Assembly (NCBI GenBank): GCA_031372065.1 | Contig: JANMKN010000311.1 | Location: 1 to 27,072 of the forward strand | DNA: 27,072 nucleotides | Reading direction: 5' to 3' | DNA from: Abditibacteriaceae bacterium | GTDB taxonomy: Bacteria; Armatimonadota; Abditibacteriia; Abditibacteriales; Abditibacteriaceae | Shown here: positions 17,032 through 25,916 of the stretch, in pieces | How positions within the stretch are numbered: position 1 is the first letter of the stretch | Layout: each line of letters starts with the position of its first letter | Program-made: the position numbers and the translations under genes | The notes under the pieces: generated by a model | What the model was told of the DNA's origin: nothing | What the model saw: only the letters and a program-made list of their open reading frames with translations | Database searches by the model: none

Positions 17032-18033
17032 ATGATTCCACGCATTCAAACCACAGTGGTTGGCAGTTACCCCGTGCCGGATTGGTTGCCGGTTTTGCCT
17101 TCAGAGCAGTCGCTGATTGATGCCACGCGTGTCGTTTTTGGCATTCAAGAGAATGCGGGCATTGATGTGGTCGTTGACGGCGAGTTGTATCGCTTCGATG
17201 TGAATCATCCTGAAACCAACGGCATGATTGATTATTTCGTCAAGCCTTTGGCGGGCGTGCGCACGGAAATCGGACGCGACGATGCGGCGGCTTTTATCAA
17301 GCAGCAAGGTATGGGATTTCGCACTCGTCCGGCGGGCGTAGTCGAAAGTTCTATCGGCGAAGGCACGCTCGATATTGTGCGCGATTATCAACGGGCGCGG
17401 GCACTGACCAAAGCGCGATTGAAATTCACTTTGACTGGCCCGCATATGCTGTGCAAAACGCTGTTGGACTATCTTTATCAAGATCAAGCCGTGCTTTGCC
17501 GCGCTATCGCCGAGGTTTTAGCCGTTCAAGTCGCCGAAATTGACGCCGATGTGGTGCAACTTGACGAAGCGAACATTCCGGGCAGCCCGGAAGACTCGTG
17601 GTGGGCCGCAGAAGCCGCTAATATCGTTTTGGACGCTGTCAAAGGCGAAAGCGCTGTGCATTTATGCTTTGGCAATTACGGCGGACAGACCATCCAAAAA
17701 GGCACTTGGGACAAATTAATCGGCTTTATGAACGCCTTGCGCGCCGACCATTTAGTTCTCGAAACCACGCGTCGCGCGCCCGAAGAAATTGCCTATCTCA
17801 AAGAATTAGATGAGTGCATCGGCATCGGTTTGGGCGTGGTAGACATTAAAAGCAACACCATCGAAAGCGCCGAAGAGATCGCGCGGCGCATCGAACACGC
17901 CGAAAAAATTCTCGGCGAAGGTCGCGTCAAATATATTCATCCCGACTGCGGTTTTTGGATGCTCAAACGCAGCGTCGCTGACCGCAAAATGGAAGCGCTC
18001 GTCAAAGGCCGCGATTTGTATTTGGGGCTGTAA
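17032..18033 (+). CDS. Cobalamin-independent methionine synthase II family protein (catalytic-domain-only, core MetE)
   Basis: TTVVGSYPVP, GIDVVVDGE, TGPHML, VQLDE. Zn ligands HLCFGNY and HPDCG. About 333 aa. AAGGA at 17016-17020 upstream of ATG 17032. Confidence 0.88.
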   Translation: MIPRIQTTVVGSYPVPDWLPVLPSEQSLIDATRVVFGIQENAGIDVVVDGELYRFDVNHPETNGMIDYFVKPLAGVRTEIGRDDAAAFIKQQGMGFRTRPAGVVESSIGEGTLDIVRDYQRARALTKARLKFTLTGPHMLCKTLLDYLYQDQAVLCRAIAEVLAVQVAEIDADVVQLDEANIPGSPEDSWWAAEAANIVLDAVKGESAVHLCFGNYGGQTIQKGTWDKLIGFMNALRADHLVLETTRRAPEEIAYLKELDECIGIGLGVVDIKSNTIESAEEIARRIEHAEKILGEGRVKYIHPDCGFWMLKRSVADRKMEALVKGRDLYLGL

Positions 18034-18041
18034 CAGATATA

Positions 18042-19130
18042 GTGAATTTTTTCCTTTCCGGTTACTACGGCTATGATAATGCGGGCGATGAAGCGGTTTT
18101 AGCCGCCATTCTCGATGATATTGGCGCGCTGGCTCCCGAAGCGAGTTTTACAGTCACCGCAGGCGACCCGGCGCGCACCGAGGGTAATCATGGTGGCGAG
18201 CGAAATTTACGCGCCATTCCGAGGCAAAATCCGAAGCATTTGGTGCCCGCGATTCGCGCGTGCGATGTTTTCATTTCAGGTGGCGGCAGCCTTTTGCAGG
18301 ATGTTACCAGCGTGCGCAACGTGGTTTATTACACCTCGCTGATCCGCTTCGCTCGTTTATCGCGCAAGCCAGTGATGATTTATGCGCAAGGTGTCGGGCC
18401 GCTGAAAAAAACAATTTCGCAAAAGTTAGCCCGCGCCGCCATGCAAAGCGCGCGCTTGATTACGCTACGCGATGAAGAATCCGCTGCGCTTTTGCGCCGC
18501 CTTGGCGTCAATCGCAAAATCGAAGTGACCGCCGACCCGGTGTGGGCACTCGAATGCGGAGTGCAGAATGCGGAATGCGGAATATCATCACTCCGTCCTG
18601 CCCAAAGAGCACCCGCGCACTCCGCATTCCGCACTTGGGCCGTTGGCTTGCGTTCGTGGCCGGGCGAAGAGGAAATGGAATCTACTCGGCGTTTTGTCGG
18701 GGCTTTGCGTGCCGTGGCAGCAGCGAATCAGGCGTGTTTGCGTTTTTTTCCGATGCAGCATCCGGCTGATTTTGCTATCTTGCAAGGGGCCGGTGTAAAA
18801 GACGAAGAAATCGAAGGCGCACCGTGGCGGCATCCCAAAGAAACGCTGCGCTTGATCGGCGAGTGTGATTTGATGATCGCCATGCGCCTTCATGCCCTGA
18901 TTTTGGCAGGCGCGGCGCAAGTGCCGTGCGTGGCCGTTAATTACGATCCAAAAGTCGCGTCACTGGCGAAAATTATGGGCGCGCCGCTGATTGAAAATGC
19001 CGCGCCCAATGAATTAAAGAATTTGCCCGATGCCGTTGCAAAAGCGCGCGCATTAAGCAGCGAAAAACTGCTTGATTTGCAAGAAAAGGCGCGCCGTAAC
19101 GCGGAATTGGCACTTTCGTTGGCGAAATAG
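18042..19130 (+). CDS. csaB: Polysaccharide pyruvyl transferase CsaB
   Basis: SGYYGYDNAGDEA, SGGGSLLQDVTS, YAQGVGPL, ITLRDEES, TADPV, MRLHALI, YDPKV. Confidence 0.92.
   Translation: MNFFLSGYYGYDNAGDEAVLAAILDDIGALAPEASFTVTAGDPARTEGNHGGERNLRAIPRQNPKHLVPAIRACDVFISGGGSLLQDVTSVRNVVYYTSLIRFARLSRKPVMIYAQGVGPLKKTISQKLARAAMQSARLITLRDEESAALLRRLGVNRKIEVTADPVWALECGVQNAECGISSLRPAQRAPAHSAFRTWAVGLRSWPGEEEMESTRRFVGALRAVAAANQACLRFFPMQHPADFAILQGAGVKDEEIEGAPWRHPKETLRLIGECDLMIAMRLHALILAGAAQVPCVAVNYDPKVASLAKIMGAPLIENAAPNELKNLPDAVAKARALSSEKLLDLQEKARRNAELALSLAK
18552..18636. repeat. In-frame heptamer inverted-repeat element within csaB
   Basis: GAATGCG GAGTGCA GAATGCG GAATGCG (18552-18579), then the reverse-complement units CGCACTC CGCATTC CGCACTT (18616-18636). 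Confidence 0.85.
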
Positions 19131-19151
19131 GCCGCAAAACCGTCATTTGAT

Positions 19152-19790
19152 ATGTCTCAAATTTTCTTAGTGCGTCACGGTGAAGTCGAAGGCAATGCGG
19201 GGCCAAACCGCACCTTTGCCGGTTGGGGCGATAAGCCTTTGACCGAAAAAGGCAGGGCGCAGGCGCAGGCCGTAGCCGAGCGCTTGTCACGCGAAAAATT
19301 GACGGCGGTTTACTCGTCCGATTTAATGCGCGCCCGCGATACGGCCCAAGAGATTGCCTCGCGTCAAAATTTAACGGTGCAAACCGAAACCGGATTGCGC
19401 GAAGTGAATTACGGGGAATGGGAAGGTTTGGGCGACGCCGAACTATTGCGCGATTGGTCTGATTTATGGCAAAGGCGCGTGGCCGACCCGTTCCATGTCG
19501 CGCCGCCCGGCGGCGAAAGCTACGCCGATTTATGGCGGCGCTTGCAGCCGGTTTGGGACGCGATTGTGGAACGTCATCAAGGGCAAAGCGTGGCAATTGT
19601 CGGCCACAATGGCAGCCTGCGCATTTTGCTTTGTCATTTGCTGGGCGCACCGCTCGGCAATGCACGACACATTCGCTTGATGAACACCAGCATTTCGTGC
19701 ATCGAATACGAAAACAGCGCGATGGAATCGGGCGCGGCGCGCTTTGTGATTAGCAGTATGAACGATACCTGTCATCTGGCAGGTATTTGA
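19152..19790 (+). CDS. Histidine phosphatase (phosphoglycerate mutase / CobC / PspA-like)
   Basis: LVRHGE, YSSDLMRARDTA, LREVNYGEWEG, PGGES, VGHNG, NDTCHL. Confidence 0.92.
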   Translation: MSQIFLVRHGEVEGNAGPNRTFAGWGDKPLTEKGRAQAQAVAERLSREKLTAVYSSDLMRARDTAQEIASRQNLTVQTETGLREVNYGEWEGLGDAELLRDWSDLWQRRVADPFHVAPPGGESYADLWRRLQPVWDAIVERHQGQSVAIVGHNGSLRILLCHLLGAPLGNARHIRLMNTSISCIEYENSAMESGAARFVISSMNDTCHLAGI

Positions 19791-19814
19791 ATTTTCTTTG
19801 AGGTTTACAAACGA

Positions 19815-21551
19815 ATGGCAGAAGAAACAAAAAACGCTGTGAAACCGGTAGCGAAAACACCGGCTCCGGCGACGCGTAGCGCCAAGCGGCGAATTGTTGA
19901 AGAAGACGGCCCGGTTTATACCGGAACGCCGCTTTCGATGTCGGGTATTCGCGGCTTAGTGGCGAATAGCGTCTTGTGGAAAATTGTGATGGGCTTGCTG
20001 ATTTTCATTTTTGCAGTCGGCTTTGCCATCACTGCCATCGCGCCCAGCAATCCACGTGGGAACAGTGGAAGTTCCGGTGCTGGCCCTTCGCGTGTGGCTT
20101 TAGTGGGCGATCAGGTCATCGAACGCGACAAATATGTGCGTGTTGCTAAAGGCCAAGTAGATCAAATGGCGCAATTCGGCATGAAAACCGGCACAATGGA
20201 ATTGCTGGGCAGTTATCAGCGCTCGCTGGATAGCTTAATTTCCGACGCCGCGCAATACGACGAAGCCGTCGCCAAAGGCATGACGCCCACAGGGGCAGAA
20301 ATTGACGCCGACATCGAAAAGAAAGCGCAAGAAGCGCTCAAAAACGAAGGCGGCAACGCCGCCGGGCGCCGTAAGATCGAATCAAAGTTTGGCTCAATGA
20401 AGGACTTTGAGTCCAAAGTGCGTGAGAACCTGCAAGAGAACCGCGACGAAATTGCTCATCAATTGGCTGTGGACAAGCTCAAGAAGAGCATCGAAGACAG
20501 TAACAAAACCACCGAAGCCGATTACAAGCGTAGCGTGACGAAATTAGATTTGTATCAAATCACGGTTCGTCCCAAGCCAGAGCCTGTTTTGCCCGGCAAA
20601 GACGCCACCAAGGCGCAGGAAAAAAGCAAAGCTGACGCCAAAGCCAAGGCCGTAAAACTGGCCGAGACGTTGAAAAAAGCTGACCTTGCGACATTTAAGG
20701 CTACCGCGAAAAAAGAAAGCGACGATTTTTCCTCGAAAGAGAAAAGCGGCGCGCTCGGTTGGATGCTCCCCGATCAAGTTGGTGTAGCGCCTTCGGTAAA
20801 AGAAGCCTTGCAAGCCTCAAGCGATAAAGTGGTTGGCCCTTTGGAAGATGAATATAGCGGCGGTTGGGTGCTTTTCTACGTTAATGGTCACAAAGAAGAT
20901 TTGCCCAAAGATTACGCCAAAAACAAAGCGCAGACTTTAAAGGATTTTGAGACGCGCAAGGACGGCGATGTCTGGAACAAATATCTCGAAGACTTGAAAA
21001 AGAAAAAAAGTCCAGAAATTCTTGATCCGGCGATGGCTGCCTACAAAATTCAAAACGAAAAAGTGTTTAGCGCGCCCGCTGACCAGCAAAAGAAATTGCG
21101 TCAGGAAGCCATTGATAAATATCAAGAATCTTTGGCCTATGCCACGCCCGAAGAATCGGCAGCGATTCGTTTTCAGATGGCGCAATTATATCGTCAGGAC
21201 GGGCAAAATGATAAATACACCGCCACTCTTGAGGCCGCGCTGAAAGACAGTGACGAACCCAATTTGCGTGTGCAACTCGCCAACGGATTACACGAGGCCA
21301 AGCGCGACAAAGAAGCCTTGGAACAACTGAAAAAAGCCTCTGAGAGTTTGGATAAAAACCCCTCGCCCGCCTCGCCTTTTGGCGGTGGCAGCCCCGATAT
21401 GGGAGTGCGAATGCAAATCGCGGGAGCCTACGATACCATGGGCAAAAAAGACCTCGCCGCTATCGAGCGCAAAAAAGTGCCCCCCGCCCCCGCCGGAGGA
21501 ATAGGCGGTTTAGGCAGCGTAAACAGCCCGCCGATCACAATAAAACGTTAA
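19815..21551 (+). CDS. Membrane-anchored SurA-N / parvulin (PpiC)-like foldase with C-terminal TPR-like helices
   Basis: Single TM (KIVMGLLIFIFAVGFAI). SurA-N-like helical region. Parvulin-like AKKESDDFSSKEKSGALGW. TPR-like C-terminus. GAGGT RBS. Confidence 0.78.
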   Translation: MAEETKNAVKPVAKTPAPATRSAKRRIVEEDGPVYTGTPLSMSGIRGLVANSVLWKIVMGLLIFIFAVGFAITAIAPSNPRGNSGSSGAGPSRVALVGDQVIERDKYVRVAKGQVDQMAQFGMKTGTMELLGSYQRSLDSLISDAAQYDEAVAKGMTPTGAEIDADIEKKAQEALKNEGGNAAGRRKIESKFGSMKDFESKVRENLQENRDEIAHQLAVDKLKKSIEDSNKTTEADYKRSVTKLDLYQITVRPKPEPVLPGKDATKAQEKSKADAKAKAVKLAETLKKADLATFKATAKKESDDFSSKEKSGALGWMLPDQVGVAPSVKEALQASSDKVVGPLEDEYSGGWVLFYVNGHKEDLPKDYAKNKAQTLKDFETRKDGDVWNKYLEDLKKKKSPEILDPAMAAYKIQNEKVFSAPADQQKKLRQEAIDKYQESLAYATPEESAAIRFQMAQLYRQDGQNDKYTATLEAALKDSDEPNLRVQLANGLHEAKRDKEALEQLKKASESLDKNPSPASPFGGGSPDMGVRMQIAGAYDTMGKKDLAAIERKKVPPAPAGGIGGLGSVNSPPITIKR

Positions 21552-21561
21552 AAGTTGTCAC

Positions 21562-21602
21562 AAAAAAGCCGCCCGATGCAAAACGCATCGGGCGGCTTTT
21601 TT
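21562..21602. terminator. Bidirectional intrinsic terminator
   Basis: AAAAAAGCCGCCCGATGC-AAAAC-GCATCGGGCGGCTTTTTT between convergent genes. Confidence 0.9.
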
Positions 21603-21614
21603 TGTGTTGGTTTC

Positions 21615-22373
21615 TCACGCCACTGTATCAACGACTTCTTCGAGTGTGCCTTTGACGCCTGTGATAATCGGCGTATCGCGCACCGTATATTTGCTGCCAT
21701 CGGATTCGCGCAGTTCCATCACGAGGTCAACGAAATCTTCGGGGTGATCGCCTTCAAAAGCGACCACGAAATCCTGATCGTCAATGCCAAACGAATACGT
21801 TGTATTCAGTTTGACGGACGGATATTTGTTGCCGATTTCAATGTGTTCGTCCATAATGCCCTGACGGGTTTGCTTGTGCAGCAAATACCACTCGCGGCTT
21901 TTGACGAACGGATACACGAAAATGTATTTTCCCCGTCCCGGCTTGATGACGGTGCGAACTTCGTCGTGCGAGGGGTCAATTTTGTCCACATAAGTGCTAC
22001 GTTTGCTCATCGAGAAAAAGGTCAGCGAAGGCAGCAGATATTTGCCCAGTCCGCTGCGCGAAAGTTCGGCTTGCATATCTTGCAAGCGCGAAATTTCGTA
22101 ATCAATGCGCCACAGTAGAATGTCGTGGTCGCCACGCAAGCCAACGCACGAATACGGCACAATAACAGTGCCACTGGCGCTGTATTTTTGCACCACTTCG
22201 AGCCACTGCGCCCGGCCTTTTTCGCGTTCGGCATCCGATAAATGCCGCCATGCGGGGTCGAGTTTGTAAAACGAAAAGGTAATGAACTGGCGCGGTGTGC
22301 GCTCTTTTTCGGGCTGGTCTAAAGGATATTGCGGCGCGCTTTGAGGGCGTGCGCTTTGTGGGCGTCCTGACAT
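21615..22373 (-). CDS. Chlorite dismutase-family heme protein, probably coproheme decarboxylase (ChdC/HemQ-like)
   Basis: YPFVK (ChdC YP[MF]x[KR] motif), WYLL, proximal His in MDEHIEIG, YSFGIDDQDFVV, DLVMELR. GAGGAG RBS and a TATACT -10 at 22404-22409 on the minus strand. Confidence 0.82.
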   Translation of the reverse strand: MSGRPQSARPQSAPQYPLDQPEKERTPRQFITFSFYKLDPAWRHLSDAEREKGRAQWLEVVQKYSASGTVIVPYSCVGLRGDHDILLWRIDYEISRLQDMQAELSRSGLGKYLLPSLTFFSMSKRSTYVDKIDPSHDEVRTVIKPGRGKYIFVYPFVKSREWYLLHKQTRQGIMDEHIEIGNKYPSVKLNTTYSFGIDDQDFVVAFEGDHPEDFVDLVMELRESDGSKYTVRDTPIITGVKGTLEEVVDTVA

Positions 22374-22568
22374 GAAATTCTCCTCGGTTTAGCTTCGTTT
22401 AACAGTATAGCGGGCCAAAAGAAAACAATGAGAGACGCCAATAAATTTTAGTCATTTTGGGTTTTTTGAAGGGAATTCGTATTGGCAGGCATTATTCTTG
22501 CTGTAGGGTTTTAGGCGTCCATAAAACACAAAGAGGTTTGCGGGCGACTTTACAGGGATGGGAACACA

Positions 22569-23096
22569 ATGTTAAATCGAGTAACCGCTGTTTTTGACAG
22601 CCAGCAACAAGCCGAACAAGCCGTATCCGCTTTGCGTAGCATGGGCGTCGCCGATGCTCATATGTCGTTTGTATCGCGCCATGGAAACGGAATCGCCAAT
22701 GAGGGCGTGGCCGATGGCGCTCATGATGGGCACTCCGCAGGCGATGACGCAGCCAAAGGTTTGGCCGCTGGCGCTGGCGTCGGCGCTTTGTTTGGTATCG
22801 CAGCCGCTTTGATTCCCGGTGTCGGCCCCTTCATCACCGCTGGAACATTGCTTACCACCGCGCTTGGTGCCGTAGGCGGCGGCGCTGTCGCCGGTGCCGT
22901 TGTGGGTGGCACGACAGGCGCTGTTGCCGGTGCGCTGGCCCATGCCGGTTACGATGAAAACGAAGCCAAATACTACGGAAGCGCCGTAGAAAGTGGCGGC
23001 GTTTTGGTGGCCGTTGACACCACTGGCAGCAGCCTGAGCAGCGATCAGATTCGTTCTGTGCTGACGCAGCACGGTGGACACGCTTCGAGCGTTTAA
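22569..23096 (+). CDS. General stress protein (17M/YflT-like with Gly-zipper)
   Basis: VTAVFDSQQQAEQAVSALRSMG...IPGVGPFITAG...AKYYGSAVESGGVLVAV architecture. Confidence 0.8.
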   Translation: MLNRVTAVFDSQQQAEQAVSALRSMGVADAHMSFVSRHGNGIANEGVADGAHDGHSAGDDAAKGLAAGAGVGALFGIAAALIPGVGPFITAGTLLTTALGAVGGGAVAGAVVGGTTGAVAGALAHAGYDENEAKYYGSAVESGGVLVAVDTTGSSLSSDQIRSVLTQHGGHASSV

Positions 23097-23108
23097 AACA
23101 GCCAAATG

Positions 23109-23144
23109 AAAAGCCCGCACAATAAAAAGTGTGCGGGCTTTTTT
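23109..23144. terminator. Bidirectional intrinsic terminator
   Basis: AAAAGCCCGCACA-ATAAAAAG-TGTGCGGGCTTTT(TT) between convergent genes. Confidence 0.88.
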
Positions 23145-23164
23145 CTATGCCAAATTCGAGAGCA

Positions 23165-25759
23165 TTACGCGACGATATTGACTAACCGGCTTGGCACAAC
23201 AATAAAGCGCTTCGGTTCTTTGCCGCCCAAGTGGGCTTGAATTTCGGCGTCGGCTAAAACCGCTTGCTTGATGGTTTCTTCGTCGCTGCCCGCTGCAACC
23301 GTCACGCGGGCACGCAATTTTCCGTTGATTTGCACTGGCAAAATCACTTCGTCTTCTTTTGCTAATTCGGCATCGCCTTGGGGCCACGCCATTTCGTAGG
23401 CCGATTTTTCAAAGCCCAGTTGCGTCAAAAGCTCATCGCTCAAATGCGGAGCGAAAGGCGCCAAAAGCAAAAGCAGCGATTCAATTGCTTCAGAATAAGC
23501 GGCGTTTTCACCTTCGGGCGCGCTTTTTGTCCAATCGAGCAGCACATTGGAAAATTCCATCATCGCAGCCAATGCCGTGTTCATCGAAAAGCGTTCGATG
23601 TCTGCCCCGACTTTGAGAATGGTTTGATGCGTTTTGCGGCGCAATTTAATGTCGTCAGCGCCCACTTTTTCGCGCCAATTCGCCCTAAAAGGCCGCGCCA
23701 AGGCCAATCGCCAGACTTTTTCTAAAAAACGATACGGGCCGACGAAAACATTGTCGGCTTTATCGTTGCCATTTTCATCCTTGCCCGTCGGCCATTCAGC
23801 GTCCAATTCAGCGGGGCCAAGAAAAAGCGTCGCCATGCGCGTGGCATCGGCGCCAAAACGCGACACGGCGTAATCGAGCGCCACCACGTTACCTTTGCTC
23901 TTGCTCATTTTTTCGACGCGTTCGGTTTTGTCCGAATACATTGTCACCATGCCTTGCGTGAACAATTTTCCGAAGGGTTCACTTGTCGGCGCGAGGCCCA
24001 TATCGAACAAGACTTTGTTGAAAAAACGCGCGTAAATCAAGTGCATGGTGGCGTGTTCAATGCCGCCGACATATTGATCTACATTCATCCAGCGCGCCAC
24101 ATCGCCCTTGCGAAATGGCACATCAGCGGCATCGGGCGAACAGTAGCGCAGGAAATACCACGACGAATCCACAAAAGTGTCCATCGTGTCGGTTTCGCGC
24201 CGCGCCGGGCGGCCTTGCGAATCTATCGCGTTCAAGAACGATTCGCTGGTGAGCAACGGATTGCCACCTTTGCCGGTAAATTGCACATCGGTGGGCAACA
24301 AAACTGGCAATTGGTCTTCCGGGACGGTTTCGATGCTGCCGTCTTCGCAGTAAATGACCGGAATCGGGCAGCCCCAATAACGCTGGCGCGACAAACACCA
24401 ATCGCGCAAACGGAAATTCACTGTGCGCTGACCAATGCCATTGGCTTCCATATATTCGCCGAGTTTGAGTTTGGCTTCGTCGGAAAAAAGACCCGAAAAA
24501 TCGCCGGAGTTGACCAAAACGCCGTAATGAACAAAGGCACCTTTGTTGATAAATTCAGCCAGTAAATCATCCGTCCAATCTTCAGGAGAGATTTTGGGAT
24601 TGTTTGTCTGCCAGTCAATAACGGAAGTGAATTGACTATTTAGTTCGTCGGGGCGAATAACGGCTTTTATCGGTAAATTGTGCTCATTGGCAAATTCCCA
24701 GTCGCGCGTATCATGCGCCGGAACAGCCATAACAGCGCCACTGCCGTAATCGGAAACGACATAATTGCCGAGCCAAATCGGAACGTCTTCGCCAGTCATC
24801 GGATTGATGCAATAAGCGCCGGTGAAAATGCCTTCTTTGGGAATGTCCTCATCATGATCGCGCTGTTCATCTTTTTGCGCCGCGACGTGATTTTTAAATT
24901 CTTGGGCGGGCGTTTCCCATTCGGTGCCGCGCACTAAGTCGGCAACTAATTCGTGGTCAGGCGCTAAAACCATGTAAGTGACGCCGAAAACGGTATCCAC
25001 GCGCGTGGTAAACACTTCGATTGATTTTGCGGTGTCGTCTTTTAAGGGAAAACGAAAACTGACGCCTTCGCTGCGGCCAATCCAATAGCGCTGCATGGTT
25101 TTAACGCGTTCGGGCCATTCGACGGTATCCAAATCGTCCAACAAACGCTGCGCCAAGGCTGTTGTTTTGAAAAACCACTGTGTCAGCGCTTTTTGCTCGA
25201 CGGGCGTGCCGCAGCGTTCACAAACGCCGTCTTTGACTTGCTCATTTGCCAAAACGGTTTGGTCATTCGGGCACCAGTTCACATTCGCCGCGCGCCGTTC
25301 GACGAGGCCGCGCTTGTAGAATTGCAAGAACAACCATTGCGTCCATTTGTAGTAATCGGGCAGGCAAGTGGTGACTTCGCGCTGCCAATCGAAGGCGATG
25401 CCGAGCTTGTCGAATTGCTCGTGCATACGGTCAATGCAGCGCATCGTCCAATCGTGCGGATGCACTTGGTTTTTGATGGCGGCATTTTCGGCGGGCAAGC
25501 CAAAAGCGTCCCAGCCCATAGGATGCAAAACATCATAGCCTTGCATGACGCGATAGCGCGCGACAGCATCGCCGATGGCGTAGTTGCGAACGTGGCCGAC
25601 GTGCAAATCGCCCGACGGGTAGGGGAACATATCCAAGTAATAAAATTTCGGCTTCGACGGGTCGTTGCCAGTGCGAAACAGTTTTTGTTCGCGCCAGCGC
25701 GCCTGCCATTTTGATTCAATGTCCGCCGGTTGATAGCGGTCAGATTTTTGTTCGTTCAT
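23165..25759 (-). CDS. leuS: Leucine--tRNA ligase
   Basis: [13 protein letters not shown] (HIGH), [13 protein letters not shown], editing domain VFTTRVDT and [28 protein letters not shown]. Confidence 0.98.
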   Translation of the reverse strand: MNEQKSDRYQPADIESKWQARWREQKLFRTGNDPSKPKFYYLDMFPYPSGDLHVGHVRNYAIGDAVARYRVMQGYDVLHPMGWDAFGLPAENAAIKNQVHPHDWTMRCIDRMHEQFDKLGIAFDWQREVTTCLPDYYKWTQWLFLQFYKRGLVERRAANVNWCPNDQTVLANEQVKDGVCERCGTPVEQKALTQWFFKTTALAQRLLDDLDTVEWPERVKTMQRYWIGRSEGVSFRFPLKDDTAKSIEVFTTRVDTVFGVTYMVLAPDHELVADLVRGTEWETPAQEFKNHVAAQKDEQRDHDEDIPKEGIFTGAYCINPMTGEDVPIWLGNYVVSDYGSGAVMAVPAHDTRDWEFANEHNLPIKAVIRPDELNSQFTSVIDWQTNNPKISPEDWTDDLLAEFINKGAFVHYGVLVNSGDFSGLFSDEAKLKLGEYMEANGIGQRTVNFRLRDWCLSRQRYWGCPIPVIYCEDGSIETVPEDQLPVLLPTDVQFTGKGGNPLLTSESFLNAIDSQGRPARRETDTMDTFVDSSWYFLRYCSPDAADVPFRKGDVARWMNVDQYVGGIEHATMHLIYARFFNKVLFDMGLAPTSEPFGKLFTQGMVTMYSDKTERVEKMSKSKGNVVALDYAVSRFGADATRMATLFLGPAELDAEWPTGKDENGNDKADNVFVGPYRFLEKVWRLALARPFRANWREKVGADDIKLRRKTHQTILKVGADIERFSMNTALAAMMEFSNVLLDWTKSAPEGENAAYSEAIESLLLLLAPFAPHLSDELLTQLGFEKSAYEMAWPQGDAELAKEDEVILPVQINGKLRARVTVAAGSDEETIKQAVLADAEIQAHLGGKEPKRFIVVPSRLVNIVA

Positions 25760-25776
25760 AATCGTTTTATTTTACT

Positions 25777-25916
25777 CCCATCCCCGGCCCTTTCCCTTAA
25801 ACGACAGGAAAAAGGTGTCTTAGTCGTCACACTCCGAATTTTTTCTACTCTTTCGGAGCGTAAGAGTTAGTTCCTCCCTTCCCCTTGTCGTTTAAGGGGA
25901 AGGGCCGGGGATGGGG
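25777..25916. repeat. Inverted REP-like doublet upstream of leuS
   Basis: CCCATCCCCGGCCCTTTCCCTTAAACGACA (25777-25806) matches the reverse complement of 25886-25915 at 29/30. The right unit has its own hairpin CCCTTCCCCTT-N7-AAGGGGAAGGG. Confidence 0.85.

Noticed and set aside
21555..22118. 187-aa plus-strand ORF, and the many other antisense or nested ORFs in the track
   Set aside because: They are shadows of well-supported genes; this one starts inside a terminator.
22535..22560. SigB-like promoter GGTTT-N15-GGGATG before the stress gene
   Set aside because: Imperfect match, too close to the ATG, and it overlaps the probable RBS.
25760..25866. T-box riboswitch upstream of leuS
   Set aside because: Only ~107 nt intergenic with no T-box consensus (GGTGGNACCGCG) on the minus strand; the structure is explained by the repeat doublet.
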